From assembly GCF_006345805.1 (NCBI RefSeq), contig NC_043007.1, positions 8,184,001 through 8,248,000 of the forward strand: 64,000 nucleotides of DNA, read 5' to 3'. Positions 12,591 through 25,941 of the stretch are shown here, in pieces (positions within the stretch are counted from its first letter, which is position 1; every line of letters begins with the position of its first letter). This stretch comes from Octopus sinensis. Taxonomy: Eukaryota. Position numbers and translations under genes: made by a program. A model generated the notes under the pieces. That model was not told the DNA's origin. It saw only the letters and a list, made by a program, of their open reading frames with translations, and searched no databases.

Positions 12591-14299
12591 TTGGGCTGGT
12601 GCATAATTATTGTGGCTTTTTTCAACAAATTTTATTCAACAAAAACAATATTTAACAAAAACATCTGACGATTTGACTGTCGACCAAGCAAATGGGAAGC
12701 AGTAATTGAAGTAGGTGGTGAATATGCTCCGGAATAATCATTTAAAGATGTTTTTGTTGTATAAAATTTGTTGAAAAAAAGTTGCAATAACACAAGGTAA
12801 TACATGTTTTGTTTATTTGTATTTTTTGATGTTCATATATGCATTTTTTGCCACTAAATTCAAAAATCACATTCGTTTTGACGTAACATTGATAGTTATT
12901 TATTTATTCCTAATTTCATATTTGCTCGTTATATTTGTAACTTTTCTCTACAGCACTTCGTTGTTTCAGTCTATTCTAGTATTGTAAGGATAATTACTCA
13001 ACATTTAGTACTTTTTCATATATTGAAAGGCATTTAGGAAGTATAATATTAGTTAGAACAAAAAGAAACAATAAAACTCCGCACTGTAAATGCCTTGATA
13101 ACACTTTTCTTAAGATGAGAAGTGCTTTGACGATCGATATTTTCTGGAGTGTATACCTTCATCTCTTCTGACTAGAGACCATATATAATCTCCCATCATA
13201 GCAGTATCCCATCGTCCTTCGTATCTTCTTCCCATCGTTGCGATGTCCTGATGAAATCTCTCACCATGCTCCTCACTGACATCACCCAAGTTTTCGGGAA
13301 AAAAAATCTAAGTGAGGATGCAAAAAATGAACCTTTAAGGACATACGACAACCCCATTTTCTTGAAGTTTTCAATAAGCTTTGCTACCAGCTGTTTGTAA
13401 TTAGGATCCTTGTTACTCCCTGGAAATCCATGAACTACATCACGAAATGCACACCAAGCTTCTTTTTCAAATTTTGTCATCGCTCTTTCCAGTTTCTTCG
13501 ACTTTAACATTGCATTTACTTGGGGCCCAACAAATATGCCACCCTTGATCTTAGCCTCAGATAGCTTTGGAAACATAAAGCAAATTTCTTGAAAAGCTTC
13601 TCCTCTAAAATCTAAGGCCTTCACAAACTGTTTTACCAATCCGAGTTTGATATGAAGTGGGGGTAATGAGATTTTGTTGGAATCTACTAGAGGCTGTTTG
13701 AGAACATTTAACATTCCTGGCTGCAGTTCCACTCGTGGGGGCCAATATACTCTCTTGTAATGATCATCATCATCTCTGCTGTCCCATAAGCAAAGGAAAC
13801 ATGAATACTTCGTGTATCCCCCTTGCAAGCCAAGCAAGAAGGCAAGCATCTTGAAATCACCACAAACATTCCACTTGAACTCAGCGTAATTTATTTTGTC
13901 GAGAAGTTCTTTGACATTATCATAATTTTCTTTCTTCTGTATGGAGTGTGCAAGAGGCAAAGAAGGATATTTATTTCCATTGTGGAGCAACACTGCTTTG
14001 AGACTTCATGTTGAGCTATCTATGAACTGTTGCCATTCTGCAGAATCAAGCTTGAGTCCAATAGCAGTAAACAAACCAATCGCATCTTTACAATAACACA
14101 GATCATTAATATTTTCATCGTAAATTTCAAATTCTTCATGGTTTTTCTAGTACACATTTTTTTAACTGTTGATGATACAGAAAAAATAATGTCATTTTTG
14201 GAATCAGCAGAAAAAATGAATTGATAAACAATTAAAAAAATACAATAAACAAATTTGTTTTTGAAAATTGTTACGCTGTGTAATTATGCACCAACCCAG
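12591..14299. mobile_element. Mariner-type MITE (~220 bp) split by a Chapaev3-like insertion
   Basis: TA at 12589-90 and 14300-01. TIR TTGGGCTGGTGCATAATTATTG vs TAATTATGCACCAACCCAG (MADE1/Hsmar-like). Inverted match extends to ~57 bp once the insert is removed. Confidence 0.8.
12791..14280 (-). mobile_element. Chapaev3-like (CMC superfamily) DNA transposon with partial transposase
   Basis: CAC...GTG termini, imperfect TIRs of ~90 bp and 3-bp TAA duplications (12788-90 and 14281-83). ORF 13196-13993 has LHNGNKYPSLPLAHS, GDFKM, GLQGGYTKYSCFLCLWDSR and PPLHIKLGL. The N-terminus is missing and the C-terminus is frameshifted. Family name recalled from memory, not from a search. Confidence 0.75.
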
Positions 14300-15844
14300 T
14301 AGTATCAACCAAGACACAACAACCAATATAATATTAAATGGAGAGAAATGTGATGAAGTGGATATGCTAAATTACCGAGGATCCTATTTGACTAAGGACA
14401 GTAGATCTCAAAAGGAGATACTCGGTTTGGCCTCTGCTGCTATGGTAAAGCTGAATACCATATGGAAAATCAGTTCCATTAGTTTTCCAAGTGTACAAGA
14501 CTTTGATTTTTGATCCTTCTGTATGGGGGATAGAACTGGATTCTTACAGCTGACATGGAGTAAAGAATGCAGGCATTTGAGTACAAATGTTTCAGAAGGC
14601 TGCTACACATCCAGTACACAGAGTACAAAATGAACAGCTTTGGTCAGGCAGCAAGTCAACAAATACATTGGCATACACAGGTAAAAAGGTAAAAGCTTGC
14701 TTGGTACTGTCTTTTATCCCACCACAACACCCTGCCTAAAACCATTCTTCAGGGCTCAGTTGAGGGAGGCCAAAATTGAGGCAGACAATGAAAATTTTGG
14801 CTTCACAATATCAAGGACAGGACAAGTCACAGTTCAGTGAATCTGCTGGACATGACGAAAAACAGACCAATAGTGGCAGCTGACCATGAAAGTGTCTCGA
14901 GCAGCATCCCGATAACTGGCTGCCTCAGTTTAGGGATTTTGATGAGGATGTTATATGTCTGTTTATGTGTATAGAGTATGTATGTGTCTGTAATATGTAT
15001 ATATATATATATGTATATATTTGTGGGTGTGTATATGTATATATATATATATATATATCATCATCATCATCATCGTTTAACGTCCGTTTTCCGCGCTAGC
15101 ACAGGTTGGACGGTTCGACCGGGGTCTGGGAAGCCAGGGGCTGCACCAGGCTCCAGTCTGATCTGGCAGAGTTTCTACAGCTGGATGCCCTTCCTATATA
15201 TATATTGTATGTATGTGTCTGTATGTCATCATCATCATTTAATGTGTATTTTCCATGCTAGCATGGGTCGGATGGTTTGACTGAAAACTGGTAAGGCCTG
15301 GGGGAGGGTTTGCATCTGGTTCCAATCTGATTTGGCATGGTTTCCATGGATTGATGCCCTTCCAAATGGCAACCGCTCCAAGCGTGTAGTGGGTGTTTTT
15401 TACATGCCACCAGCATGGGTGCCACTGACCATGACTACGGCCTCACTTGGCTTGACAGGTCTATACAAGCATGGTATATCACCAAAGACTTCGGTCACCT
15501 TTCAGCCACTGTGAGGCCCAATGCTTGAACGGTGCTTTTTACATGCCACCAGCATAGGTGCCAGTTAGATGACGCTGGCATCAGCCACCACTATGATTTC
15601 ACTCAGCTCAACAGGTCTTCACAAGCACAGCATATCACCCAATATTTGAAGGCTACTTTTAACAGGCCTGTTACACGACCCTAATGTTTGGAGGGTCCTT
15701 TTAACGGGCCAGTTGCACAAGGACAAATGAAAGAGAGGCAACAAAGAAGAAGAAATTTCTCACTTTCTCTTTCTAAAAGACAATATAAAGACCTAGTGCA
15801 CTCACTCCAGACAACCAGCTTCACGCAGATATGAAAAGAGAAAC

Positions 15845-17885
15845 ATCATCATCATCATCATCATCATTTAGTGTCCGCTTTCCATGCTAGCATGGGTTGG
15901 ACGGTTCAACTGGGGTCTGTGAAGCTGGAAGGCTTCATCAGGCCCAGTCAGATCTGGCAGTGTTTCTACGGCTGGATGCCCTTCCTAACGCCAACCACTT
16001 CGTGAGTGTAGTGGGTGCTTTTTACGTGCCACCCACACAGGTGCCAGACAGAGCTGGCAAACGGCCACGAACAGATGGTGCTTTTACGTGTCACCGGCAC
16101 GGGGCCAGGCGAGGCTGGCAACGGACACGAACGGATGGTGCTTTTACGTGCCACCAACACGGGGGCCAGACAGAGCTGGCAAACGGCCACGAAACGGATG
16201 GTGCTTTTACGTGTCACCGGCACGGGGGCCAGGCGAGGCTGGCAACGGACACGAACGGATGGTGCTTTTACATGCCACCGACACGGGGGCGAGACAGGGC
16301 TGGCAAACAGCCACGAACGGATGGTGCTTTTACGTGTCACCGGCACGGGGGCCAGGCGAGGCTGGCAACGGACACGAACGGATGGTGCTTTTACATGTCA
16401 CCAACATGGGGGCCAGACAGGGCTGGCAAACGGCCACGAACGGATGGTGCTTTTACATGTAACTGACATGGGGGCCAGACAGGGCTGGCAAACGGCCACA
16501 AACGGATGGTGCTTTTACATGTCACCGGCACGGGGGCCAGACAGAGCTGGCAAACGGCCACAAACGGATGGTGCTTTTACGTGCCACCAACACGGGAGCC
16601 AGACAGAGCTGGCAAACGGCCACAAACGGATGGTGCTTTTACGTGTCACCGGCACGGGGGCCAGGGCTGGCTAACGGCTACGAACGGATGGTGCTTTTAT
16701 GTGTCACCTGCATGGGGGCCCTGATGTTGATCGACCTCAATTTGGTTTGATTTTGATTTTGACTGTTCTCACTGGTCTTGCCGGGTTTTCTCACGCACAG
16801 CATACTTCCAAAGGTCTCGGTCACTGGTCATTTCCTTGGTGAGACCTAAAGTTCGAAGGTCGTGCTTCACCGCCTCGACCCAGGTTTTCCTGGGTCTACC
16901 TCTTCCACAGGCCCCCTCAACTGCCAGGGTGTGGCACTTTCGCACACAACTATCTTCAGCCATTCTCATCACATGACCATACCAGCGCATACGTCTCTCT
17001 TGCACACAACAACTGATGCTTCTTAGGTTCAGCTTTTCTCTCAAGGTACTTACACTCTGTCGATTATGAACACTGACGTTACACATCCATCGGAGCATAC
17101 TAGCTTCATTTCTTGCGAGCTTACGCAAATCCTCAGCAGTCACAGCCCAAGTTTCACTACCATGTTGCATGGCTGTTCGTACACATGCATCATACAGTCT
17201 GCCTTTTACTTTGAGCGAGAGGCCTTTTGTCACCAGCAGGGGTAAGAGCTCTCTAAACTTTGCCCAGGCTATTCTTACTCTAGCAGTTATACTTTCAGCG
17301 CACCCGCCCCCGCTACTGACTTGGTCACCTAGGTAACGGAAACTATCAACTAATTCTAGCTTTTCTCCCTGGAAAGTGACGGAAGTTGGTCTCAGAGCAT
17401 TTTCAGTGTTAATTGTTCCTGAGCATCTGCCACATACAAAAACCATCTTCCTAGTTAGCCTTCCTTTGACATTGCTGCATCTCTTATGTGTCCATAGCTT
17501 ACACTTGGTGCATCTTATAGAGTTTCTACCTACACCTTTTCTACAGATCGAGCAGGGCCATCTACCTGAAGGCGTTTGTGATTGGTCTACCTTCCTACTT
17601 ATTAGGACTTTGGTTTTGGCTAGGTTGATTCTAAGGCCCTTCGATTCTAAACCTTGTTTCCATACTTGAAACTTCTCCTCTAGTTCTGATAGAGACTCAG
17701 CAATTAGAGCAAGGTCATCAGCATAGAGGAGCTCCCAGGGGCATCCTGTCTTGAATTCCTCCGTTATTGCCTGGAGGACTATGATAAATAGGAGGGGACT
17801 GAGGACTGAACCTTGGTGGACCCCAACCTCTACCCTGAATTCTTCACTGTACTCGGTGCCAACCCTCACCTTACTAGCAGCGTCC
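15845..17885 (-). mobile_element. 5'-truncated RTE LINE with open RT C-half and expanded 3'-UTR VNTR
   Basis: ORF 16769-17968 is open from DAASKVRVG to the stop and closely similar to 8440-9366. (GAT)n tail at 15845-15868. Confidence 0.9.
16011..16710. repeat. 60-62 bp minisatellite (~11-12 units) in the RTE 3' UTR
   Basis: Recurring ACGGATGGTGCTTTTAC..GGGGCCAG-N6-CTGGCAA; two unit variants mostly alternate. Confidence 0.9.
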
Positions 17886-18273
17886 TCACCTTTTTTCATA
17901 CATGGCATGAAAAAATTGTGCACCAGCTGACCTGGTTGCATCAAGTACAGACTTAGAATCACAGCCACAACAACTCAAGGCCAAAATAGTCTAAGATACA
18001 GGATGGCCACCAATAACACCAGCAGAGGCATCACACCCAATATTTCGTTTGAATATTGGAGATATGGTGCACTTCAACACCAAAACAGTGGTGCCCCAGC
18101 ATGTCTGCAGCCCTCAGGCCCGAAACAACCAATGTGTGTGTGTGTGTGTGTGTGTGTGGAGGGAGAGAGAAAGAGATCAGAAAAATCTGTTAACTTTGCT
18201 ATTTCTTCAGCTTATGATATTTCAGTTCAGCTGAGACTTAATTAATATCACCTCTACCTTTCTTCTTTCATAG

Positions 18274-18476
18274 ATACAAGTCGTTCAAAAAAAACTGGAG
18301 AACATGATGGGAAAGATTATCATTTTGTCACACGGAATGAATTTAATTATGACATAAGCCAAAACAAGTTCCTTGAATATGGTGAATATGAGAAGAACTA
18401 TTATGGAACAAGTTTGGAGGCTGTACGACAAGTCATAAATTGTGGTCAAATATGTATTTTGAACTTACATCCTGAG
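18274..18476 (+). CDS. MPP5: Stardust/PALS1 GUK domain exon
   Basis: Acceptor tctttcatAG and donor GTaagt; phase matches the previous exon. Reads (H)TSRSKKTGEHDGKDYHFVTRNEFNYDISQNKFLEYGEYEKNYYGTSLEAVRQVINCGQICILNLHPE. Confidence 0.93.
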
Positions 18477-19339
18477 GTAAGTAGTAGTATGGGGTGGGGT
18501 GGGGACATGCTCTCTATAACAACATGTTGCTGCATCCCCTAATTGTTGGTGATTCTGCACACTTGGTGGCTGACATCTGTGCACCCCTCCAACCCATGGA
18601 TCTGTTTGGATAGTCGTTGCTGGTGAGGGTTTTACGAGGTCAAAGTGCAGATCCTACTTAAACCTCTTGTAGTCACTTTTTATGACACAGGAAACTGGTT
18701 TATTCTATGACACGCCAGTTTCCACACAGGTAAGGCCCACCTTTTTTTTTCCAGAGGTGATGGGTGCAAAACTCAATGTTCTTTGCACCTTTATTTTGCA
18801 AATATTTCTGATTAAGTATAGCAAAACCAATATTCCAAGGTGAGTCTAAATAGAAGCAGTCACAGTAAGTTCTAATTGCAGAATTGAGTGCAGGGATGGG
18901 TTTAGAGCAGCATTTTGTCCATCTTCACATTCTGAGTTCAAATTCCGCTGAGGTCAACCCTGCTTTTCATCCTTTTGGGGTGGATAAATTAAGTACCAGT
19001 GAAACACTGAGGTTAATGTATTTCACTAGTCCCCTGCTCCCCTGGGATTTCAGGTTTTGTACCTTTAGTAGAAAGGATTATTATCGTTATTTTATTATTA
19101 TTAAGGTGGTGAGCTGGCAAAATCATTAGCATGCTGGGCGAAATGCTTGGTGGTACTTTGTCTGTCCTTACGTTCTGAGTTCAAATTCCACCAGGGTTGA
19201 CTTTGCTTTTCATATTTTCAGGCTGTTAAAATAAGTATCTGTTGAAAACTGGGGTCAATGTAATCAACTGGTCCTCTCCTGCAAATTTCAGGCCTTGTGC
19301 CTTCAGTAGATTTTATTGTTTTTTTTTGTTTTTTTTCAG

Positions 19340-19450
19340 GCCCTGAAAATCATAAAAGAATCTAATTTGAAACCTTATGTGGTGTTTATTCGTCCTCCAA
19401 ACTTGGAGACTCTGCGACTTAACCTTCAACAACAACAACAAGAGCTCACT
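19340..19450 (+). CDS. MPP5: Stardust/PALS1 GUK domain exon
   Basis: Polypyrimidine tract plus cAG, donor GTaagt, 111 nt, phase 0/0. Reads ALKIIKESNLKPYVVFIRPPNLETLRLNLQQQQQELT. Confidence 0.92.
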
Positions 19451-21009
19451 GTAAGTTATTCACTTCTTTTATTATTGTTTTTTTTTTTTTTTCAATATTA
19501 AATCATTCTTTAGTGAGATACCAAAACAATCTAAAAGCCAAGCATCAAAACTCCATCTGTCTACTAGATAGTTCTCTGTTTGCCAATACATTAAGTCCTG
19601 TGTGCCCATCATATCCTATTGAACTAGTCTGTATGGGGTCACTTAACTTGCGAGGAAATATGAACCAAATTTCCCTTAAATTGCTCCCTTCTGATTTAAA
19701 GAAAGACATATAACATTGACGTCCTGCATACTCGCAAACAACTTGTAATTAGTATTCTTGTAATTAGTGTTGGCCTTTCAACCTTGTACTGCCATCCACA
19801 TTAGGTCTGCTTTGCATGATTTTGTTTAAATTTTTAACTCTTTGCCTCTCCTCTGTATGACTTGTTTCTCTCTGATGTCCATACATTATATACACATTCC
19901 CAACTGTTTTTCAACCCCAAGATTTATGAAAAGAAAGCTATTGATATCTGGGGAGGTAGAGGTGAGTGGGTCCTAATGACCTTTTATACGATGATAACAC
20001 TAAATGGTTTAGCCTCTTTCTAATCTGTCAAAAAGGCTCTGACCCCTAATTTTACATTGATACTAAATACTTATGTATCTGACTTCATATAAAGTTGGAA
20101 CTTGGTAGAAACTTTTGAGTGTCAGCTAGAATACTGTGTCCAATGTGAAGACACATGGAGACACACATACAAGATCACACACACACACACAGTGCCACTG
20201 TACACTTTCTGTCGACCAAATGTTTCTCGCAAGGCATTGATCAACTTTAGGATATTGTTGAAAACGTTCAAAGTGTCACCTAACAGGATTCAAGTCAAAA
20301 CCATATGGTAAGGGGAATGAAAGAAGTCAGCTCCTTAATAACACATACCTCATTAGTAAATATGTCCCCTAAATGACTAGGAATGTTATTTAGCTCTGTA
20401 ATGGAAACTGTGGAAGCCTGTGAGATGAATTGTATGTACCTGTGTTCAGAGACCTACCCTTGTCATGCTCTGTGCCTAAGAGGTACATATAACTGTGGAA
20501 TATTCAGCCAATTATATGCTAATTTAGTGAATGAATGAAGATTTCTGACCAAGATCCATTTGTGTTCCTGTAACTTAGCAGTCTGGAAAAAAAGACTGAT
20601 AGAATAAGTAACAAGCTTTAAAAAAAATTAATAAGTTCTGGGGTTGATTCATTCAACTAATAACATTTTAATGTGGTGCCCCAGCATGACCACAGTCTTA
20701 TGACAGAAACAAGTAAAAGGTAAAAGTTTTATGTAGAGGAAAATTTGTAAAAGAGATTGTTTGTGTCTGACTTAACAGACAGCTCTGAATTATACAATGC
20801 AGAGTTTATAAAAGAAAATCATTAAAAGGCCATACTGAGGGATATCACGTTAAGACCCTGAAGAGATTGCACTGTTTTAGGGGTGCAATTGAAATGTGTT
20901 GGTCTTAAAAGGCAGAATATAATTATAGAATTAAAGGTAATACTATTGCTACTTTGGGAATAATCCTTATTTTTAATATTGTCAAAGCACATCCTTCAAC
21001 CATTGGGCT

Positions 21010-21545
21010 TCACAGAGGCAATGACAAGCAACCGAAACCTTTGGAGATACACTTTGCTTGAGAAGACCCAGTAAGCCAAGTGAGACCGTAACCATGGCCT
21101 ATGCCAGTGTAACATAACCGGCCCATTTAAGAGTACCCTTCAATCATTGGACAATAAATTGTGCTTGAGAAGACCTGTTGAGGCGAGTGAAATCATTGTC
21201 ATGATCAATGCCAGTACCTCCTGGGTGGCACCTGTACCAGTAGAATGTAAAATGTAAAATGCACCATTTGAGTGTGGTCGATGCCAGTTCCACCTGACTG
21301 GTCCTGTGCCAGTGGCACCTAAAAAAGCACTATTTAAGTGTGGCTGTTGCTAGGGATGCCTGACTGGCCCTCGTGCCAGTGACATGTAAAAAGCACCCAC
21401 TACACTCTCTGAGTGGTTGGCGTTAAGGGAATCCAGCTGTAGAAAACTTGCCAGATCAGATTGGAGCCTGGTGTAGCCTCCTGGCTTGCCAGTACTCAGT
21501 TAACCATCCAACCATGCCAGCATGGAAAACAGACGTTAAATGATA
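21010..21545 (+). mobile_element. Degenerate RTE 3' end
   Basis: Diverged match to the RTE C-terminus and 3' UTR, ending CAGACGTTAAATGATAATGAT. Boundaries approximate. Confidence 0.7.
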
Positions 21546-21893
21546 ATGATATATATGATAAGCTTCTTTCAGTTTCTACCAGCCAGATCTCTTCACAATG
21601 CTTTGGTCATCTCAGGATTATAATAGAAAACATTTGCCCAAGTTGTCACACACACAGGGGCTGAATCCAAAATGGCATGATTGAGAAGTGACCCTCAAAA
21701 CCACACAGCCATGCCTGTGCCTAGTTATCTTTTTTTTTTTTTTTCCATTTAATTTCCATTTATTTATTTTTTGCCTGCTCATCCACTGTAGATAAGTTTT
21801 CAGATTGATCTTTGAATCTTCTTACTGGAATTAAGAAATAATTGTTGGACTATTCCATTTGACTGACAGTTCTTTGCTTTTATTGTCTTTCAG

Positions 21894-22073
21894 GAGAATC
21901 AACTGAAAGAGATCATTGAGAGGGCACGAGAAATGGAAGAGGTGTATGGCCATTATTTTGACCACATAATCGTGAACAGTAATCAGTCGAGGACATACGA
22001 TGAACTTTTGATGGAGATAAACCGTCTTGAAGTAGAGCCACAGTGGGTTCCTATATCTTGGCTTGATGGATAA
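21894..22073 (+). CDS. MPP5: Stardust/PALS1 terminal coding exon
   Basis: Acceptor gtctttcAG. Reads [59 protein letters not shown], ending in the EPQWVPxxW C-terminus typical of MPP5/Sdt. TAA at 22071-73. Confidence 0.93.
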   Translation, partial: ENQLKEIIERAREMEEVYGHYFDHIIVNSNQSRTYDELLMEINRLEVEPQWVPISWLDG

Positions 22074-22261
22074 TCCTTGACTCTAAATCCAGTGTGTGAG
22101 TACATCGTTTGTGTGGGTAGATGTGAGGGTATGCATGGTTAAGTATGTTGGAGGATGTGTGTGTGTGTGTGACTGTCTTGTATACACTTGATGTATAAAA
22201 CACATGTATGCATGTATGTGTATATGTGCATATCTGTACAAGTTCATCTATGTATGTGTAC

Positions 22262-22307
<46 letters not shown>

Positions 22308-22780
22308 ATAGTATACATGTATATATTATATATAGACACACACATGTGCGTAATAAATACATAGATTATATATTCATGGTGATGTAAGCGTTACACATAT
22401 TTGAGTATAAGCTGCATTTGTTTTTCTTTTTACTTTTTTAAACAAATATTCAGTCAAAATTTTTTGGTGCATATTATTCGAATATCCTGCATTTTATTCT
22501 TCCTGAACTATGAACATAGGAGTGCACCATTGCACATACTTAATTACAGCTTATATTCAAAGACACCCATAATATATATATATATATGTGTGTAGACACA
22601 CACAAAAGTGTTATCCAAGAGTGACAAGGCATTTTTCTAAATTCATTTTATTCTCAGCCATTCAACTTTGTATTCAAAAAATGTTTTTTAAGATGACTTT
22701 CATCCTAAAACTGTGTTTAAAAACATTTACATTTATTATCATATACAATTATCTATTCAAATTTTAAATGTTTTGTTAAT

Positions 22781-22811
<31 letters not shown>

Positions 22812-23112
22812 GCTTACATATAAATTATATATACACACACACATACACATTGGCCTGCTTGCCTAGCCAGCAAGTGGGTGGTATTGTTCAAAAGTTAAAA
22901 TGATGCAAAGCACATTGAGACCAGTGATGTATAACTGCATCTGATAGCCTGCTCAATCACATGATACATGTATATGCATATGAAATTTTTTATATATACA
23001 TATATAAACATACACACACAGTCACACACACACACACATATATATATATGCATGCATATAAAAGTTTTCAGATACACACACATGGTCATATATATATATA
23101 TATGTAAATCTA

Positions 23113-23164
<52 letters not shown>

Positions 23165-23193
23165 TGTATATATATATAATGTAAATCTATGTA

Positions 23194-23244
<51 letters not shown>

Positions 23245-24843
23245 TATATATACATACACAGACAGGCATAATATATTCACATACATATTTACTATTGCAT
23301 ATCAATAGTGTGTTTTTCTTTTTCTTTTCTCTCTAAGGGTTGGTACTCATTTTCTATTTGAAATGTTTCGCATTTCTATTATTTCCCACAACAATGCTCA
23401 TAACTGTCTGTACTGGATCGGGTGGTTGGGTAGAATTCTGTTTAGTTTCAAATTTATGACCCGATAGTTCAAACAGCTTGGGAGTTAAGAAAATAAATAC
23501 AAATTTGCCCTTGGAAAACTTATAACCTCCCTACATACTCTTAAAAGTTTCAGTTATTCATATTAGTGTGATCAAGGAAAGAGCTATCAATATGGCAGTA
23601 AGTTCATTGATCTATTGAGTCTCTACCCTGCCCTACCCCTAATCATTTCTCATTTAGAATTACTTTGTTGAAGTCTTATGACAACATTGCTAAAATACTT
23701 TGTGAAAAGCTTTCACATCTGCCTTTCCCCATTTATCTCCCTTTGAAAAACTGATCGCCTCAGTTTATGTGATAAAACAATATCAACATTATGTGAGAGC
23801 AAGCCTCATAGATGAGCTCCTGTTGTGCTGACCATGGAATAGCTTGGGTTTTGGCTGCTCCCTGTGCAGCAGCCAAACTGGATACCTACCTTTTGGCGTA
23901 TATAAACAGGCAGCTTTGTGCAGCCTGCACACTTCACATGACTCCAATGTGTACTGAGATTTTGATCCATTTTTTGTTTTATTTTGTTTTACCTTTTTTT
24001 TTTTCATTCCTGGCTCATACCTGTACACTTCATTTCTGTTGATTAAAGTTCTTGGGAAATAACAGTCATTTCTGTCTCTCTGCTTCTATTATACTTAGGA
24101 AATCGTTATCAAGTATGCAAAGATACGTTGTTTTTCTTCTATTTAGTGCATGTTACCTTTCCAAGCTTGATACAACCTAGGCATCGACATGCAATCCACA
24201 CATTTCATACCAATTCTACATTGATTCCATGAACAGAATCTTTGAAATCATCTTTCAAAGATGTCATACCAATTTCTTTCAACAGCCAAAAATACACTCA
24301 TTGTTTGTATTAAGAAAACATTATCCCACCTCAACTTCTCTAAGCATCAACAACACAACTGGTTCAGAGGGTTCCAACTGCCAGGTTTCACCATTATTGT
24401 GGATCTTTCCCGAGGAATTCATATTTTCCACATAGCAAAAGCTGGCATTCCACTTCAGTGACCCAACTTAATACACATGCACACACACATGCGCGTGTGT
24501 GCTTATATAACAAAACAAGGAAGTGGCTATTTTTTGGTATTATTTAGTCTCCATTACACATGTTTCATTTGCTAATAGGAATCACAAAGGTTTACATGTT
24601 AGATGGAGGGTGTAAGGAATTTCCTATTAGAAGATCATCAGACAGCTGGGATTTTACCCTGACTACCTATATAATATTTAGGTGCAGGAGTGGCTGTGTG
24701 GTAAGTAACTTGCTTGCCAACCATATGGTTCCAGGTTCAGTCCCACTGCATGGCACCTTGGGCAAGTGTCTTCTACTATAGCCTTGGGCCAACCAAAGCC
24801 TTGTGAGTGGATTAGGTAGAGGGAATCTGAAAGAAGCCCATCA

Positions 24844-24875
<32 letters not shown>

Positions 24876-24906
24876 CGCGAGAAAGAAGCAACAAGAATGG
24901 ATAAGT

Positions 24907-24997
24907 TTTTAGTACAATCGTTTCATACAAAGACAGGCTTTATTAAAAGTTGCAAAAATTGCAGCATATAAACGTGTCCCGTACTCATCAGCTAAAA
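24907..24997 (-). ncRNA. Type I hammerhead ribozyme motif (copy 1)
   Basis: Exact reverse complement of 25851-25941. Confidence 0.72.
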
Positions 24998-25850
24998 TAC
25001 ATGTGAGTTCTCTAGACATCCTAGTGGTTGAGGCTATACTCATGAAGTAATGTAGATAATTAAGTAACATAAACAGATTTCCAAAGTTCATTAAAGTTCT
25101 TTAAAGATGATGCACAGTCTTATCACAGATTTTTAAAAAAGTTTTAATAGCATCACAGAGAAGGTGACTTAATCCATAGTGTACATATGAATTTCCAGAG
25201 ATATGAGGAGGGATTACATACTCACAGAGGACAAATTTATCCATGGCTAATCACAACGAGGTGGGTATCAATTCCTGCTTATTAGCATTACAGAGAGGGT
25301 GAATTAATCCTTTGTATAGGTGCACAATTTCCAATGGTGTAGATGTAAATTTCCAGAGAAATGAAGAGGAATTTCATATTCACAGACGATAAATTTATCA
25401 ATGGTTGAACACAATGAGGTAGGTATCAATTCTTGTTATATGATTAGGTATTTGCCACATTAATCACATTACTGCTATTTTCAAGAGACTGTAGCTATTT
25501 TACATCTACACCATTGGAAATTGTGCACCTATACAAAGGATTAATTCACCCTCTCTGTAATGCTAATAAGCAGGAATTGATACCCACCTCGTTGTGATTA
25601 GCCATGGATAAATTTGTCCTCTGTGAGTATGTAATCCCTCCTCATATCTCTGGAAATTCATATGTACACTATGGATTAAGTCACATTCTCTGTGATGCTA
25701 TTAAAACTTTTTTAAAAATCTGTGATAAGACTGTGCATCATCTTTAAAGAACTTTAATGAACTTTGGAAATCTGTTTATGTTACTTAATTATCTACATTA
25801 CTTCATGAGTATAGCCTCAACCACTAGGATGTCTAGAGAACTCACATGTA

Positions 25851-25941
25851 TTTTAGCTGATGAGTACGGGACACGTTTATATGCTGCAATTTTTGCAACT
25901 TTTAATAAAGCCTGTCTTTGTATGAAACGATTGTACTAAAA
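25851..25941 (+). ncRNA. Type I hammerhead ribozyme motif (copy 2)
   Basis: Stem I UUUUAG/CUAAAA; CUGAUGA at 25857-63; stem II GUACGGGACA..UGUCUUUGUAU; GAAAC-GAUU-GUA. Predicted cleavage after 25935. Confidence 0.75.

Larger units (their letters stand above)
12240..14930 (+). mobile_element. Old degenerate RTE-like LINE fragment, interrupted by nested DNA transposons
   Basis: CFADDIDLLG...SKVLVN|SINQDTTTNIILNGEKCDEVDMLNYRGS; the frame rejoins across 12590/14302. Boundaries approximate. Confidence 0.7.

Noticed and set aside
15925-15955. CTGATGAAGC hairpin in the RTE 3' UTR (- strand) as a ribozyme
   Set aside because: No GAAA follows, and other copies read CTGGTGCAGC.
16011-16710. CRISPR-like array or repeat protein (ORFs 15897-16724)
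   Set aside because: No unique spacers and no cas genes. It is the VNTR of a LINE 3' UTR, which leaves several frames open.
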